From a bacterium HR29 (lineage in GTDB: Bacteria; Chloroflexota; Dehalococcoidia; Tepidiformales; Tepidiformaceae): a stretch of 64,000 nucleotides of DNA. Below the pieces are notes generated by a model. That model did no database searches and had not been told where the DNA came from. It worked only from the letters and a program-made list of their open reading frames with translations. Shown piece after piece: positions 26,081-36,074 of the stretch. The stretch covers positions 841,602-905,601 of the forward strand of contig BEIF01000001.1 of the NCBI GenBank assembly GCA_002898215.1, in the 5' to 3' direction. The first letter of the stretch is position 1. Each line of letters starts with the position of its first letter. Both the position numbers and the translations under genes were made by a program.

Positions 26081-26526
26081 TGGGGGAAAGCAGGAGGTCG
26101 CACATGCCTACGGGCATCGGCGAAAAGCGGGAGCAGGGTCAGGCCGTCTTGGAGATGGCTCTGGCCGTTCCCTTCCTCCTTGCCTTCCTCTTCCTCATCG
26201 CCGACATGGCGCTGCTTGGCTACTCCTACATCAGCGTCACGAACGCGGTCCGCGAAGGGGCGCGGTGCGGAGCCGTCGGGGGCACCGATGCCGCCATCGC
26301 AGCCCGCGTCGAGAAGACGAGCGGCGGCCTCGCGAACTTCGCAGGTGTCACCTCCATCGACCGCGGGCCGGCCATCGGCGACGACATCTCCGTCACCGCC
26401 TCCTACGACTACGACTGGATAACGCCGGTCGGGCTCATCCCAGGCCTTTCGGGAACCTTCGCCTTCTCCAAGGAGGCCACGATGCGGATGGAAACGACCC
26501 CGCCGTACACGAGAGGGAGCTGCTGA
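26080..26526 (+). CDS. tadE: TadE-like pseudopilin
   Basis: Processing-type motif G/QAVLEMALAVPFLLAFLFLI followed by a TadE domain. The start overlaps the flp-2 stop. Confidence 0.8.
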   Translation: MGESRRSHMPTGIGEKREQGQAVLEMALAVPFLLAFLFLIADMALLGYSYISVTNAVREGARCGAVGGTDAAIAARVEKTSGGLANFAGVTSIDRGPAIGDDISVTASYDYDWITPVGLIPGLSGTFAFSKEATMRMETTPPYTRGSC

Positions 26527-26528
26527 CC

Positions 26529-27641
26529 ATGGCGCATCCAGCAGGTCAACGCAAGGGGCGTGGGGCGGGAGAGAGCGGCCAGATGCTGGTCACAGTGGCG
26601 CTGCTCTCGGTGGTGGTGTTCATGCTGGCGGCCATCGCCACGGAAACGTCGCTCATCTGGATCCAGCGCCGCAACCTGCAGAACGCCGCCGACGCCGCCG
26701 CTCTTGCCGGCGCCCAGCAACTCCCCGAAAATCCCGCGGCGGCACTCACCGACGCCCAGGCGTGGGCAGCGAAGAACGTGCCCGGGCTCGCGTCGTTCCA
26801 AGCGCAGCTCTTCGACGGCAATCGCGCCATCCGTGTCACCGTGGGGAAGCCGGCCGCGACCGTTTTCGGGAGCTGGTTCGGCTACGGCGGATTCGCCATC
26901 AGCGCCCGGGCCGCAGCGCGCGTCGCGCAACCGCTGCTTCCGGGCACCGGCGTGGTGCCGCTCGCCGTTGCAGACACCGCTTTTTCCTGCGCTTCGGCCG
27001 GCACCTGTACGACCGTGACCCTCAAACAGTGGTCGGGCAACAACGACGACCCCCGGAGCTCGTACCAGCTCATCGATATCGATGGCCGGGGAATCGCGGG
27101 TTTGGGAGCCGGCTTGGTAGGCGGCTCACGGAACCCCATTACCGACCCGGTGGATCAGCAGACGGGGAATACCGGACGCTCACTCGCCGATGGGCTGGCG
27201 TACCGCATGCAGGCTGCGGGAGCGAACCAGTGCCTCACGTGGGAGCATGTGGCGCCCGGGGGCGTGCTCAACGAACGCTGTAACCCGCTGACGCAGGCCG
27301 CACGGGGGACGCGTGCGGACTACCCGGAAGCCCAGCCCACCGCCGTCATCGTCATTCCCGTCGTAGCAGCCTTCTGTCAGGGGGGCTGCGACCTCGACAT
27401 CGTCGGAGCGGGGTTCGAACCGCGCCTTTTCGCCTTCTTCTGGATCGATTGGTCCCAGACGCAGCCCCGCTGTCGAGCGCCCGGCAGCGGAGGAGGTGGC
27501 GGGGGCCGGCCGCCGGGACAGTGCGAGATCGTCGGGCGCTTCATCCTCGAGCACCGGGCTCCCATCTCGACGTACGTCCAGGACGGCCTCGGCGACTTCG
27601 ACGACGACGCCCTTCTGAAGGTCATCCAGCTCATCGAATGA
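26529..27641 (+). CDS. TadG/TadE-G-like pilus assembly protein (Tad-type pseudopilin with large C-terminal domain)
   Basis: N-terminus GESGQMLVTVALLSVVVFMLAAIATE..LQNAADAAALAGA matches the 'Flp pilus-assembly TadE/G-like' domain. Confidence 0.75.
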   Translation: MAHPAGQRKGRGAGESGQMLVTVALLSVVVFMLAAIATETSLIWIQRRNLQNAADAAALAGAQQLPENPAAALTDAQAWAAKNVPGLASFQAQLFDGNRAIRVTVGKPAATVFGSWFGYGGFAISARAAARVAQPLLPGTGVVPLAVADTAFSCASAGTCTTVTLKQWSGNNDDPRSSYQLIDIDGRGIAGLGAGLVGGSRNPITDPVDQQTGNTGRSLADGLAYRMQAAGANQCLTWEHVAPGGVLNERCNPLTQAARGTRADYPEAQPTAVIVIPVVAAFCQGGCDLDIVGAGFEPRLFAFFWIDWSQTQPRCRAPGSGGGGGGRPPGQCEIVGRFILEHRAPISTYVQDGLGDFDDDALLKVIQLIE

Positions 27642-27673
27642 CCGCGCCACTCCGCGCGTCCGGAGGAAAGGAC

Positions 27674-28492
27674 ATGGCACAAGCACGAACATTCTCTCTG
27701 CGAGGAAGCAGCCGCACGGGGCTCCTGCTCGCCGCCGTCCTGGCGGCAGCGACCGGGGTCCTCGTTTACCTCGCGCTTCAATCGAACGCGGGGGGTGAGT
27801 CCCGGGAGACCGCCGGCGGGGCGAGCACGCGCACGGTCGTCGTGGCGGCACGTGACATCCCCGCCGGCACCGTCATCTCGCCCGGCATGCTGCGCCTCGC
27901 TCCCGTCGACGCCGAGGACACCCTGGCGGGCGCTCTCACATCGCTCGACGCGGCGATCGGCCAAGTGGCGCGCATTCCGATCTACTCGGGAGAGCAGGTC
28001 ATCGCAGGCAAGCTCACGGCCGCTCCGCTGGGCGAAGGCCTCGCCTACGTCGTACCCCCGGGCATGCGGGCGATGGCGGTCGAGGTGAACAAAGTCGTCG
28101 CCGCCGGTGGGAACGTGCGACCCGGCGAGCGTGTGGACGTCTTCGCCGTCATCGAAACGACCCGTGAAGACGCGACGGGCGCGCGCCAGAGCGTCCAGCA
28201 AAGCCTTCTCCTCGCTCAGAACGTCGAAGTCCTCGCCGTCGAACAGCGGATCATCGAACGGGCTCCGGGGGCGACCAGCAGCGACGGTACGCTCGCCGAC
28301 CAACCCGAACCGGACCCCGCGGCGACCGTCGTAACCCTGGCGCTGCCTCCGGACGTCGCCCTCCGCGTCCTGCTCGCCGACGAGCGGGGAGCCATCCGTC
28401 TGGCCGTACGCCCGGCAGGAGAGGACGCGACCGTGCCTGCCCTCGCGGTCGCCCAGGATGAGCTCGTCCCACTGACGGGGGGAGGAAGGTGA
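27674..28492 (+). CDS. cpaB: Flp pilus assembly protein CpaB/RcpC (SAF domain)
   Basis: N-terminal TM helix. VVVAARDIPAGTVISPGML (SAF), then RAMAVEV..GNVRPGERVDVF (RcpC). Confidence 0.85.
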   Translation: MAQARTFSLRGSSRTGLLLAAVLAAATGVLVYLALQSNAGGESRETAGGASTRTVVVAARDIPAGTVISPGMLRLAPVDAEDTLAGALTSLDAAIGQVARIPIYSGEQVIAGKLTAAPLGEGLAYVVPPGMRAMAVEVNKVVAAGGNVRPGERVDVFAVIETTREDATGARQSVQQSLLLAQNVEVLAVEQRIIERAPGATSSDGTLADQPEPDPAATVVTLALPPDVALRVLLADERGAIRLAVRPAGEDATVPALAVAQDELVPLTGGGR

Positions 28493-28496
28493 GGAG

Positions 28497-29705
28497 ATGC
28501 CCCGTAATCCGCTCGTGATGATCGTCGACGAGAACGTGCCCTTCCGGCAGGAGCTGCAGGCGATGCTGGCGCCGGCGAAGCTCGCCGTGGTCGCCGACTG
28601 CGGCTACGGGGTCGAGGCAGCGAGCCTCGCGGAAGAGACCCGCCCGGATATCGTCCTGGTGGCCATCGCCGAGCCGCACCTTCGCGCCCTCCAGACGATC
28701 GAGGCGATCCGCGTCATCGCACCGGAGACGCCCATCGTGGCCTACGCCGCGAATCCGGACTTTCGCATCGTCCGGCAGGCGATGCACGCGGGCGTCCGCG
28801 ACCTCCTTCCCATGCCCCTGAAGCGGGACGAGCTGCTCGGCTCGCTCCAACGGGTATTGGCTGCGCCGATACCGAGCGAGGGGGGATTGGACCAGGACGA
28901 GCCCGCCCGGCCTGCCTCCGCCGGCGTCGTCCTCACCGTGTTCGGCGCCAAGGGTGGCATCGGCAAGACGACCATCGCCACGAACATCGCTGTCGCGATC
29001 GCCAAACGGGCGCAGAACTCCGTCCTGGTCATCGACCTCGACACCCGCTTCGGCGACGTCGCGATCATGTACGACCTCGAACCGCAGGTCACCGTCGCCC
29101 AACTCGCTTCCCAGGTCCGGACGCTCGAACGCGCCACCTTCCGGGCCGCGCTTCAGCGCCACGCCTCCGGCGTCTGGGTCCTGCCATCGCCGAAGCATCC
29201 GAGCGACTGGCGGACGGTCGACCCGGACGACATTCGCGACCTCGTGCGCTTCGCCGCCCGCCTGTTCGATTACGTCATCCTCGATACGCCTGGCGCCTTC
29301 AACGACATCGTCGGCAGTGCCCTCGAGGTGGCGACGCAGGTTCTACTCGTCACGAGCGTCGATATGGCGAGCATCAAGGACACGGCCTTCGTGCTCGACC
29401 TCCTCGAAAGCGAGGGGTTCCCGAAGGAGCGCGTCTATCTGACCGTGAACCACGCCAACGGCGCGAACGCCATCCGCGCCGCCGACGTCGCACGCGTGCT
29501 CCGCACTCCGGTCTTCTGGGAGATCCCCCACGACGATGAGGTGGTGACGGCGTCGCAGCTCGGCAGGCCGGTCGTCTTGGTGAAGCCGAGGTCCAAGGTG
29601 TCCCGGAGCTTGGCCGAGCTCGCGGCGAAGATCAGCGGGGCTTCCGCACCCGAACCCAGGCGGCGCGGACTGTTCCGCCGTCTCGCGCCGGTCTCCGCCG
29701 GATAG
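28497..29705 (+). CDS. cpaE: CpaE/TadZ-like ParA/MinD-family ATPase with N-terminal atypical receiver domain
   Basis: The receiver-like N-terminus lacks the phospho-acceptor Asp (DIVLVAIAEP) and the conserved Lys (DLLPMP). Deviant Walker A: GAKGGIGKTT. Confidence 0.85.
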   Translation: MPRNPLVMIVDENVPFRQELQAMLAPAKLAVVADCGYGVEAASLAEETRPDIVLVAIAEPHLRALQTIEAIRVIAPETPIVAYAANPDFRIVRQAMHAGVRDLLPMPLKRDELLGSLQRVLAAPIPSEGGLDQDEPARPASAGVVLTVFGAKGGIGKTTIATNIAVAIAKRAQNSVLVIDLDTRFGDVAIMYDLEPQVTVAQLASQVRTLERATFRAALQRHASGVWVLPSPKHPSDWRTVDPDDIRDLVRFAARLFDYVILDTPGAFNDIVGSALEVATQVLLVTSVDMASIKDTAFVLDLLESEGFPKERVYLTVNHANGANAIRAADVARVLRTPVFWEIPHDDEVVTASQLGRPVVLVKPRSKVSRSLAELAAKISGASAPEPRRRGLFRRLAPVSAG

Positions 29706-29717
29706 GAGGACTGCGCC

Positions 29718-31109
29718 ATGCGTGACTTGGGACGAAGCGACGGCCTCGCGACCTTCCGGTTCTCGACCTCGCACCGCGAGGGGGGGTTGGCAGCACGCCT
29801 GGCGGGGAGCGACGGCCAGGTCCTGGCGCCGCCGCGGGGTCCCGATGAGCTCGACCTCGTCGCCGAGCTCCATGAGGCGCTCATCGAGTCGCTGGACACG
29901 AATGCGCTCAACGCCTCCTCGCCGAAGGCCGCGCGCGAACTGGTCGCCGACGCGGCCGAGCAGCTCGTCGGCCAGCGGGAGCTGTCCGTCTACGGGGAGG
30001 CGCGCCAGCGACTGGTACGGGCCGTCGTCGACGAAGTCCTCGGGCTCGGCCCCATCCAGCCACTCGTCGATGACGACTCGGTCAGCGAGATCATGGTCAA
30101 CGGGCCGAACCACGTCTGCGTGGAGCGGAACGGGGTCATTTCCCTCACGGATGTCCGCTTCCGCGATGACGAGCACATTCGGCGGCTCGCCGAGCGCATC
30201 CTTTCGGCGATCGGGCGACGGGTCGACGAGGCGGCGCCGATGGTCGACGCGCGGCTGCCTGACGGCTCCCGGGTGAACATCACCATGCCGCCGGCGACGC
30301 CGGAGCACCCAACCATCACCATCCGCAAGTTTCGCCGTGACCGGTACACCATCGAAGACCTTATCCGTGTCGGAACCCTCGATGAGCGTCTTGCAGAGTT
30401 CCTCGGGACGTGCGTGACCTACCGCCGGAACGTCCTCGTTTCGGGCGGCGCCGGGTCGGGGAAGACGACGCTGTTGAACGCGCTGTCCGCCTTCATCCCA
30501 AGGTCGGAGCGGATCATCACCATCGAAGACCCGGTCGAGCTCGCCTTGCAGCAGCGGCACGTCGTCCGGATGGAGGCGAGGCCGCCCGACATGCAGGGAC
30601 AACACGCTATCACCCAGCGCGACCTCCTGCGCAACGCGCTGCGCATGCGCCCGGACCGCATCATCATCGGCGAGATCCGCGGTCCGGAAGCCTTCGAGAT
30701 GCTCCAGGCGATGAACACCGGCCACGAGGGTTCGCTGAGCACCGTCCACGCCAACAGCACGCGTGATGCCCTCGCCCGCGTCGAAAACATGGTGCTGATG
30801 TCCGGCGTCGATCTACCGGTCCATGCCATCCGCGAGCAGATCGCGTCGGCGCTCGATGTGGTGGTTCAGCTCCAGCGCTTCGCGGACGGGAGCCGGCGCA
30901 TCGTCCGCGTGAGCGAAGTGACGGGCATGGAGGGGCTCACGGTCACGCTGCAGGACCTCTTCGTCTTCCGCAGCACGGGCCTGGACGACGAAGGGCGGGT
31001 CACGGGCCGGTTCGAGCCAACCGGCATTCGCCCGACCTTCAGCGAAGCCATCGAGCTGCAGGGCGGGGTGCTGGCGCCCTCGCTCTTCCTGTCGGAGGGG
31101 TGGCGATGA
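29718..31109 (+). CDS. cpaF: CpaF/TadA secretion ATPase (type II/IV secretion NTPase)
   Basis: Walker A GGAGSGKTT, Asp box IITIEDPVEL, Walker B RPDRIIIGEIRG, His box GHEGSLSTVHAN. Confidence 0.92.
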   Translation: MRDLGRSDGLATFRFSTSHREGGLAARLAGSDGQVLAPPRGPDELDLVAELHEALIESLDTNALNASSPKAARELVADAAEQLVGQRELSVYGEARQRLVRAVVDEVLGLGPIQPLVDDDSVSEIMVNGPNHVCVERNGVISLTDVRFRDDEHIRRLAERILSAIGRRVDEAAPMVDARLPDGSRVNITMPPATPEHPTITIRKFRRDRYTIEDLIRVGTLDERLAEFLGTCVTYRRNVLVSGGAGSGKTTLLNALSAFIPRSERIITIEDPVELALQQRHVVRMEARPPDMQGQHAITQRDLLRNALRMRPDRIIIGEIRGPEAFEMLQAMNTGHEGSLSTVHANSTRDALARVENMVLMSGVDLPVHAIREQIASALDVVVQLQRFADGSRRIVRVSEVTGMEGLTVTLQDLFVFRSTGLDDEGRVTGRFEPTGIRPTFSEAIELQGGVLAPSLFLSEGWR

Positions 31110-32071
31110 CAGCGCTGGCAGCGGCGATCCTCGCCGGCATGACGGTGTTCGTGCTCGCCGGCGCGCTCACGGGGCAGTTCGGTCGCTCCTACCGCCGGGC
31201 GCTCGACCGGGCCGCCGCCGTCGCAGCCCGCGGGTCTGCCTCGGGAAGGGCCAGGCGGACGCACCTCCTGCGCCGCGACAGCTTTGCCCGGAGCGCTTCG
31301 GTCGCCTCCGTGCTGCGGCGGTGGGAATGGGCGAAGACGCGCGCCGTGTTGCTCGACCGGGCGAACGTGCCGCTCAAAGTGAGCGAGTGGGTGCTCCTCC
31401 TGGCAGGCACCTTCGCTCTGTTGGCCGTGGCCGGCACAGCGGTAAGCGGCCTCCCTCCCGCTGGGGTTCTCTTCGGGATCGCCGGTGTTCTCGGGTGGGA
31501 GCTCTGGCTTCGAGCACGGGCGCGAGCTCGCCTGAACAAGTTCGAGCAACAGCTCCCGTGGGCGCTGGACGTGATGGCGACGTCGCTTCGGTCCGGGTTC
31601 GGCGTCATGGAGTCCGTCGCGACCGTCGCCCGCGAGGCCGAGCCTCCGCTGGCACAGGAATTCCGTCGCCTCCTGGAGTTCTCACGCATGGGCGGGCCCT
31701 TCGAGGAGGGCCTCGAAGCGATGACCGACCGCATCGGGAGCGCCGACCTGCGCATCGTCGCCCGCGCTCTGGCGGTCCACCGGAAGGTCGGCGGCAACCT
31801 CGCCGCCATTCTCGAGTCGGTGGCCCGGACGATGCGTGAACGGGAGGAGCTTCGCGGGCACGTGCGGGCCCTGACGGCACAACAGCGGCTCGGCGGCTTG
31901 GTCGTCGCGCTCCTGCCGCTCTGGATCGTCGGGTTCTTCCTCGTCGCCGACCCTGACTTCATCTCTCCGTTGTGGAAGGAGCCGGTGGGGCGCCTCCTGC
32001 TCGCCTTCGCCGCAGGCATGGAGCTCGCTGCGTTCATCGTGATGCGGCGCATCCTGGCCATCGAGGTATAA
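31100..32071 (+). CDS. tadB: TadB (type II secretion system F-family inner membrane protein)
   Basis: T2SSF-type domain (LPWALDVMATSLRSGFGVMESV..). GTG 31100 or ATG 31106 overlaps the cpaF stop. Confidence 0.85.
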   Translation: MAMTALAAAILAGMTVFVLAGALTGQFGRSYRRALDRAAAVAARGSASGRARRTHLLRRDSFARSASVASVLRRWEWAKTRAVLLDRANVPLKVSEWVLLLAGTFALLAVAGTAVSGLPPAGVLFGIAGVLGWELWLRARARARLNKFEQQLPWALDVMATSLRSGFGVMESVATVAREAEPPLAQEFRRLLEFSRMGGPFEEGLEAMTDRIGSADLRIVARALAVHRKVGGNLAAILESVARTMREREELRGHVRALTAQQRLGGLVVALLPLWIVGFFLVADPDFISPLWKEPVGRLLLAFAAGMELAAFIVMRRILAIEV

Positions 32072-32074
32072 GCC

Positions 32075-32971
32075 ATGGAACTCGCCGCCGCCCTCCTTGC
32101 TGCCGCAGCCGCCTTCGTGCTGGTGTACGCCCTCGCGACCCCCAACCGTCAGGCAGTGGAGCTGCTGCAGCGGCTGAACAGGCACGAACGCAGCCTCGAC
32201 CCGGAGCGGGCCGCGATGCTCGCACAGCCGTTTACCGTGCGAGCGGTGGGGCCCCTCGCCCGGCGCGTGCGCCGAACGGCCGCCGCTGTCCTGCCGACCT
32301 CCCTGCTCGACTCGGCGGAACGGAAGCTCATCCTGGCCGGAGAGCCCATCACGTTGCACGTCTTCGTGTTGTTCCAGGCGGCCGCCGGGGCCGCCAGCCT
32401 TTTCGCGGCGATCGCCATCCTCGCCCGAGATCTGCCCGCCGGGGCGACCGTTGCTGGTCTGGCGGGCTGCGCTCTGGGTGCCGCCGCACCAGCCCTCTGG
32501 TTGCGGTGGCGCATCCGGCAGCGCCAGGCCCGAATCCTCAAGGAGCTGCCCGACGCCGTCGACCTCATCGTGACCTTGGTCGAAGCGGGGATGGCCATCG
32601 ATGGTGCCCTGGCCGAGGTCGCGTCCGAAACCCAAGGCCCGCTCGGCGAGGAGCTCGGGATCGCGGTGCGGGAAACCACGCTCGGGCGAAGCCGCAGGGA
32701 CGCCTTGCTCGGCGTCATCGAACGCACGCAGGTACCAGAGCTGAGGGCATTCATCCATTCGCTGATCCAAGCCGAGCAGACGGGGGTCCCCGTCGGACAG
32801 GTGCTGCGGAGCCAAGCGGCCCACGTACGGCTCCAGCGGCGTCAACGGGCCGAGGCGCAGGCGCAGCGGGCACCGGTGAAGATGGTCATCGTCCTGGTCA
32901 CGCTCGTACTGCCGGCAATGCTGCTGCTGGTGGTAGGGCCGGCGTTGCTCCGCATGGCCGACCGGCTGTAG
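32075..32971 (+). CDS. tadC: TadC (type II secretion system F-family inner membrane protein)
   Basis: T2SSF-type domain (LPDAVDLIVTLVEAGMAIDGAL..). Last gene of the cluster. Confidence 0.85.
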   Translation: MELAAALLAAAAAFVLVYALATPNRQAVELLQRLNRHERSLDPERAAMLAQPFTVRAVGPLARRVRRTAAAVLPTSLLDSAERKLILAGEPITLHVFVLFQAAAGAASLFAAIAILARDLPAGATVAGLAGCALGAAAPALWLRWRIRQRQARILKELPDAVDLIVTLVEAGMAIDGALAEVASETQGPLGEELGIAVRETTLGRSRRDALLGVIERTQVPELRAFIHSLIQAEQTGVPVGQVLRSQAAHVRLQRRQRAEAQAQRAPVKMVIVLVTLVLPAMLLLVVGPALLRMADRL

Positions 32972-32997
32972 GCGAGCGAGCGGCCGACGGACACGCA

Positions 32998-34092
32998 CTA
33001 CGGAACGAGCCGTTTTGCCCGGAGGCGCCGGATGAGCGACCTGAACATGTCCTCCGTGTCCATGCAGGCGTGGAATCCGGCCTGACGCAAGGCGATGGTG
33101 CTGTTGAGGAGCGGCTGCGGGCTCTCCCGCATCGCCAGGAGCATGTCGGTGTAGACGATGGAGTTCCAACCGCAGAATGCCACCGGGTCCCGCGGGGCCA
33201 CCAACCCGTACCGTTCGACGGCACGTGCCCAGTCGCGCCTCCGACGGGGTAGTTCTTCCGCGAGCGACTGCGGCCGGTGTTCGCCCGGGGCGAGCCGGAA
33301 CTCGTCGGCGATGGCCGGCCACACCCATCGCCACTGGAAGACGTCGCCGTTCGTGATGTTGAACGTCCGGTCGCGAGCGGCAGGGGACTCCGCCGCCCAG
33401 ACCAGGGCCCGAGCGAGGAGGTCAGCATCCACCGCCTCTTGGATCGCCAGCCCCGAGCCACGCCCGGGGAAGTGCAGGGGCTCGCCTGCCTCCTGTTGGA
33501 CCACAGCCCACACGGCGATGGGCAGCATCGGATTCATGTTCACCCCGGCTGCATCGCCGTAGATCACCGTCGGCCGGAAGATGGTGAGCCCCCACTTCCC
33601 GTCCCGCTGCTTTCCCCGCAGGTAATCCTCTTGGAGCCAGTAGAAGTTCGGATGTTCGACACGCGGCTCGCGTTCACGCAGCGGAATGCGGATGGTCGTT
33701 CGGTCCACCGCCGGGTGGTGCACGCCGTACGCCTTGGTGCCCTGGAGGAGCAAAACGTGTTCCAGCGGCGCGCTCTCGGCGAGCGGCTCGAAGAGATTCC
33801 GCAGCATCCGCGCGTTCCGCTCCATGAGGGCCGGGTCGGTCCACCCGGGGAAGAGCCCCGGCTGCTCCTCGAGCGCGGCGAACACGAGGTGGGTCACGTC
33901 GGAGAAGCGAGGTCGCATCGCCCGGCAGGCAGCCTCGTCCAGGAGGTCGAGCGCCAGATGCTCGACTCCTTGGAGGGGTGGAGGCCGCCGGGAAACTCCG
34001 AGGACTCTCCAGCCGGCAGCAGCGAAGGCTCGGGCCGCCGCCGAGCCCACGAGCCCCGAGGCCCCCGCGATGAGGAGTGTTTTCGCCGACAT
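32998..34092 (-). CDS. Extended SDR / NAD-dependent epimerase-dehydratase family oxidoreductase
   Basis: N-terminal LIAGASGLVGSA Rossmann motif. 364 aa, in the progesterone-5-beta-reductase-like size class. Confidence 0.7.
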   Translation of the reverse strand: MSAKTLLIAGASGLVGSAAARAFAAAGWRVLGVSRRPPPLQGVEHLALDLLDEAACRAMRPRFSDVTHLVFAALEEQPGLFPGWTDPALMERNARMLRNLFEPLAESAPLEHVLLLQGTKAYGVHHPAVDRTTIRIPLREREPRVEHPNFYWLQEDYLRGKQRDGKWGLTIFRPTVIYGDAAGVNMNPMLPIAVWAVVQQEAGEPLHFPGRGSGLAIQEAVDADLLARALVWAAESPAARDRTFNITNGDVFQWRWVWPAIADEFRLAPGEHRPQSLAEELPRRRRDWARAVERYGLVAPRDPVAFCGWNSIVYTDMLLAMRESPQPLLNSTIALRQAGFHACMDTEDMFRSLIRRLRAKRLVP

Positions 34093-34197
34093 CCGTTCCC
34101 ACTGGCGGCGAATAGGCGCGCCGCCAGCGGCATCGTACTGCCGACCGGCTCCACCCCGCGAGCGGCGGGTAGGAGCCGGCCGCGCCGCCGCCGTGAC

Positions 34198-35580
34198 TCA
34201 GCCAATGCAGCACGTCATCACGGAGATGTCCCGTGTGAACGCGTGCGCGGCCAGCTTGACAGCCTCGGAGTAGGTAGGGAAGACGTGCACCGCGTCGATG
34301 ATGTCGTGCACCGTGAGGCGGAAGCGGACCGCGAGCGCTACCTCGTGAATGATCTCCGCCGCGTTCGTACCGCAGGCGTAGCCGCCGCGGATGCGTCCCC
34401 CGCGGTCGACCGTGAGCTTGATGGCGCCGACCGTGTCCTTCGCCGCGATCGCTCGCGGAAGCTGCGAGAAGAACACCGTGCGGCAGTTGCAGTAACGGGT
34501 GCGCGCCATCGACTCGGCCTCGGTGAGGCCGACGCCCGCCAATTGGGGCGAGGTGAACACCGCCCAGGGCACCGTGTCGTAGTCGATGGCGTCCCGACGC
34601 CCCTCGAGGGCGTTCGAGGCAGCGAGGGCGCCCTCCTTCGCGGCCACGGTCTCGAGCGGCATCCTGCCGACCACGTCGCCGGCAGCCCACAGTCGGTGGC
34701 CCGCCTCGTACCACGCCGCCGCCTTGACGAAGCCACGTTCGTCGAGCTGTCCCCCGGCGGCCTCGACGCCGAGCCCTTCGGTGTTCGGGCGAATGCCCGT
34801 TGCGACCAGGATCGCCTCGGCCTCCACCCACAGGTCGTCGGCGCAGCGAATCCGGTGCGGAGGTCCCGGTCGGACGGACTCGATGCGGACGCCGGTAACG
34901 ATGCGAATCCCCTCGGCCTGCAGCGCCTCGCGGAGGACCGCCGCGATCTCCGGCTCGGCGCGGGGCACCACTTCGGGCGCGGCTTCGATGACGGTCACCT
35001 CGGAGCCGAAGCGGGCGAAGATCTGGGCGAATTCGAGGCCGAGCGGGCCTCCACCGATGACCGCCAGGCGCCGCGGCGCCTCCTCGAGTTCGAGCGCTTC
35101 GACGTTGGTAAGGAACCCTGCCTCGCGGAGCCCCGGGATCGGGGGAATGGCGGCCCGCGCCCCGGTGGCGATGAGGATGTGCCGCCCCTCGACCTCGTCG
35201 TCGCCTACCCTGATGCGCCCGGGCCCGACGATGGTCGCCCTCCCAGGCCGGAACTCCACGTGTTCGAGCGCACCCAAGACATCGAGGTAGTTCCGCTGCC
35301 GGAGGGTGGCGACCAGTTCGTCCTTCTCCCGCTTCGCCGCCGAGAAGGAAGGCAGGGGAGTCTCCGCCGTCGGCACCGAGCTGAAGTGGCTGCTGCGCCG
35401 GCTGTGCAGTGCGTCCGCGATGGCGAGGAGGTGCTTCGAGGGCACGCAACCGACGTTGACGCACGTCCCCCCGATGGGCAGCCCCGCGTTGACCATGAGC
35501 GTCTTCGCGCCGAGGTCGTTGGCGCGGGTTGCGGCGGCGAACCCCGCGGCCCCTCCGCCGATGATGACGAGGTCGTACAT
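34198..35580 (-). CDS. merA: Mercuric reductase, core enzyme without an N-terminal NmerA metal-binding domain
   Basis: FAD motif VIIGGGAAG, redox-active GGTCVNVGCVPSK, and the diagnostic C-terminal vicinal Cys pair (..DISVMTCCIG-stop). Confidence 0.85.
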   Translation of the reverse strand: MYDLVIIGGGAAGFAAATRANDLGAKTLMVNAGLPIGGTCVNVGCVPSKHLLAIADALHSRRSSHFSSVPTAETPLPSFSAAKREKDELVATLRQRNYLDVLGALEHVEFRPGRATIVGPGRIRVGDDEVEGRHILIATGARAAIPPIPGLREAGFLTNVEALELEEAPRRLAVIGGGPLGLEFAQIFARFGSEVTVIEAAPEVVPRAEPEIAAVLREALQAEGIRIVTGVRIESVRPGPPHRIRCADDLWVEAEAILVATGIRPNTEGLGVEAAGGQLDERGFVKAAAWYEAGHRLWAAGDVVGRMPLETVAAKEGALAASNALEGRRDAIDYDTVPWAVFTSPQLAGVGLTEAESMARTRYCNCRTVFFSQLPRAIAAKDTVGAIKLTVDRGGRIRGGYACGTNAAEIIHEVALAVRFRLTVHDIIDAVHVFPTYSEAVKLAAHAFTRDISVMTCCIG

Positions 35581-35626
35581 GCTGCGCTCTCCTGCTTCTT
35601 CGTGCTCGGGCCAGGCGCCCCCCCCT

Positions 35627-36067
35627 CTACGGCGACGCCCAGCCCCCCTCCACCGCCCGCAAGCATGGACAGGGCGCCGACGCCCGAAGCCGCGTTTCGC
35701 CCGGCGGAAGCTCCCGGATGTCCGCCTCGAGGAGGGAGAGCTGCTCGTCCATCCGTTCGAGCTCGCGGCGACGGATGGCGAGCTGCGCCCGAGCCTCGTG
35801 GAGGCGGCCGAGCAGCTCCTCTCGGAGCGCCCCGCAACTCGCATCGTGGACGAGATGCGCGAGCTGGCGGATCGCATCGAGGGGGAGGCCGAGGTCCCGC
35901 AGCCGGCGGACGAACCGCAACACCTCGACGTGCTCCTGGCTGTAGACCCGGTATCCCGACGGAGCGCGAGGCGCCCGCGGCAACACCCCGACCCGTTCGT
36001 AGTACCGAATGGTGTCGGCAGAGAGGCCGCACGCCCGCGCCGCTTCCTGCACCCGAAAGCTTCTCAC
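35627..36067 (-). CDS. merR: MerR-family metal-responsive transcriptional regulator
   Basis: GTG 36067. HTH FRVQEAARACGLSADTIRYYERVGVL, a coiled-coil dimerisation helix, and Cys78 plus a C-terminal CPC. It is on the same strand as merA, directly upstream. Confidence 0.8.
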   Translation of the reverse strand: MRSFRVQEAARACGLSADTIRYYERVGVLPRAPRAPSGYRVYSQEHVEVLRFVRRLRDLGLPLDAIRQLAHLVHDASCGALREELLGRLHEARAQLAIRRRELERMDEQLSLLEADIRELPPGETRLRASAPCPCLRAVEGGWASP

Positions 36068-36074
36068 GCCCCCC

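Noticed and set aside
34102-34127. 9-bp stem hairpin (ctggcggcg..cgccgccag) downstream of merA as an intrinsic terminator
   Set aside because: No U-tract on either strand. It may still be a structural element, but it cannot be called a terminator from sequence alone.
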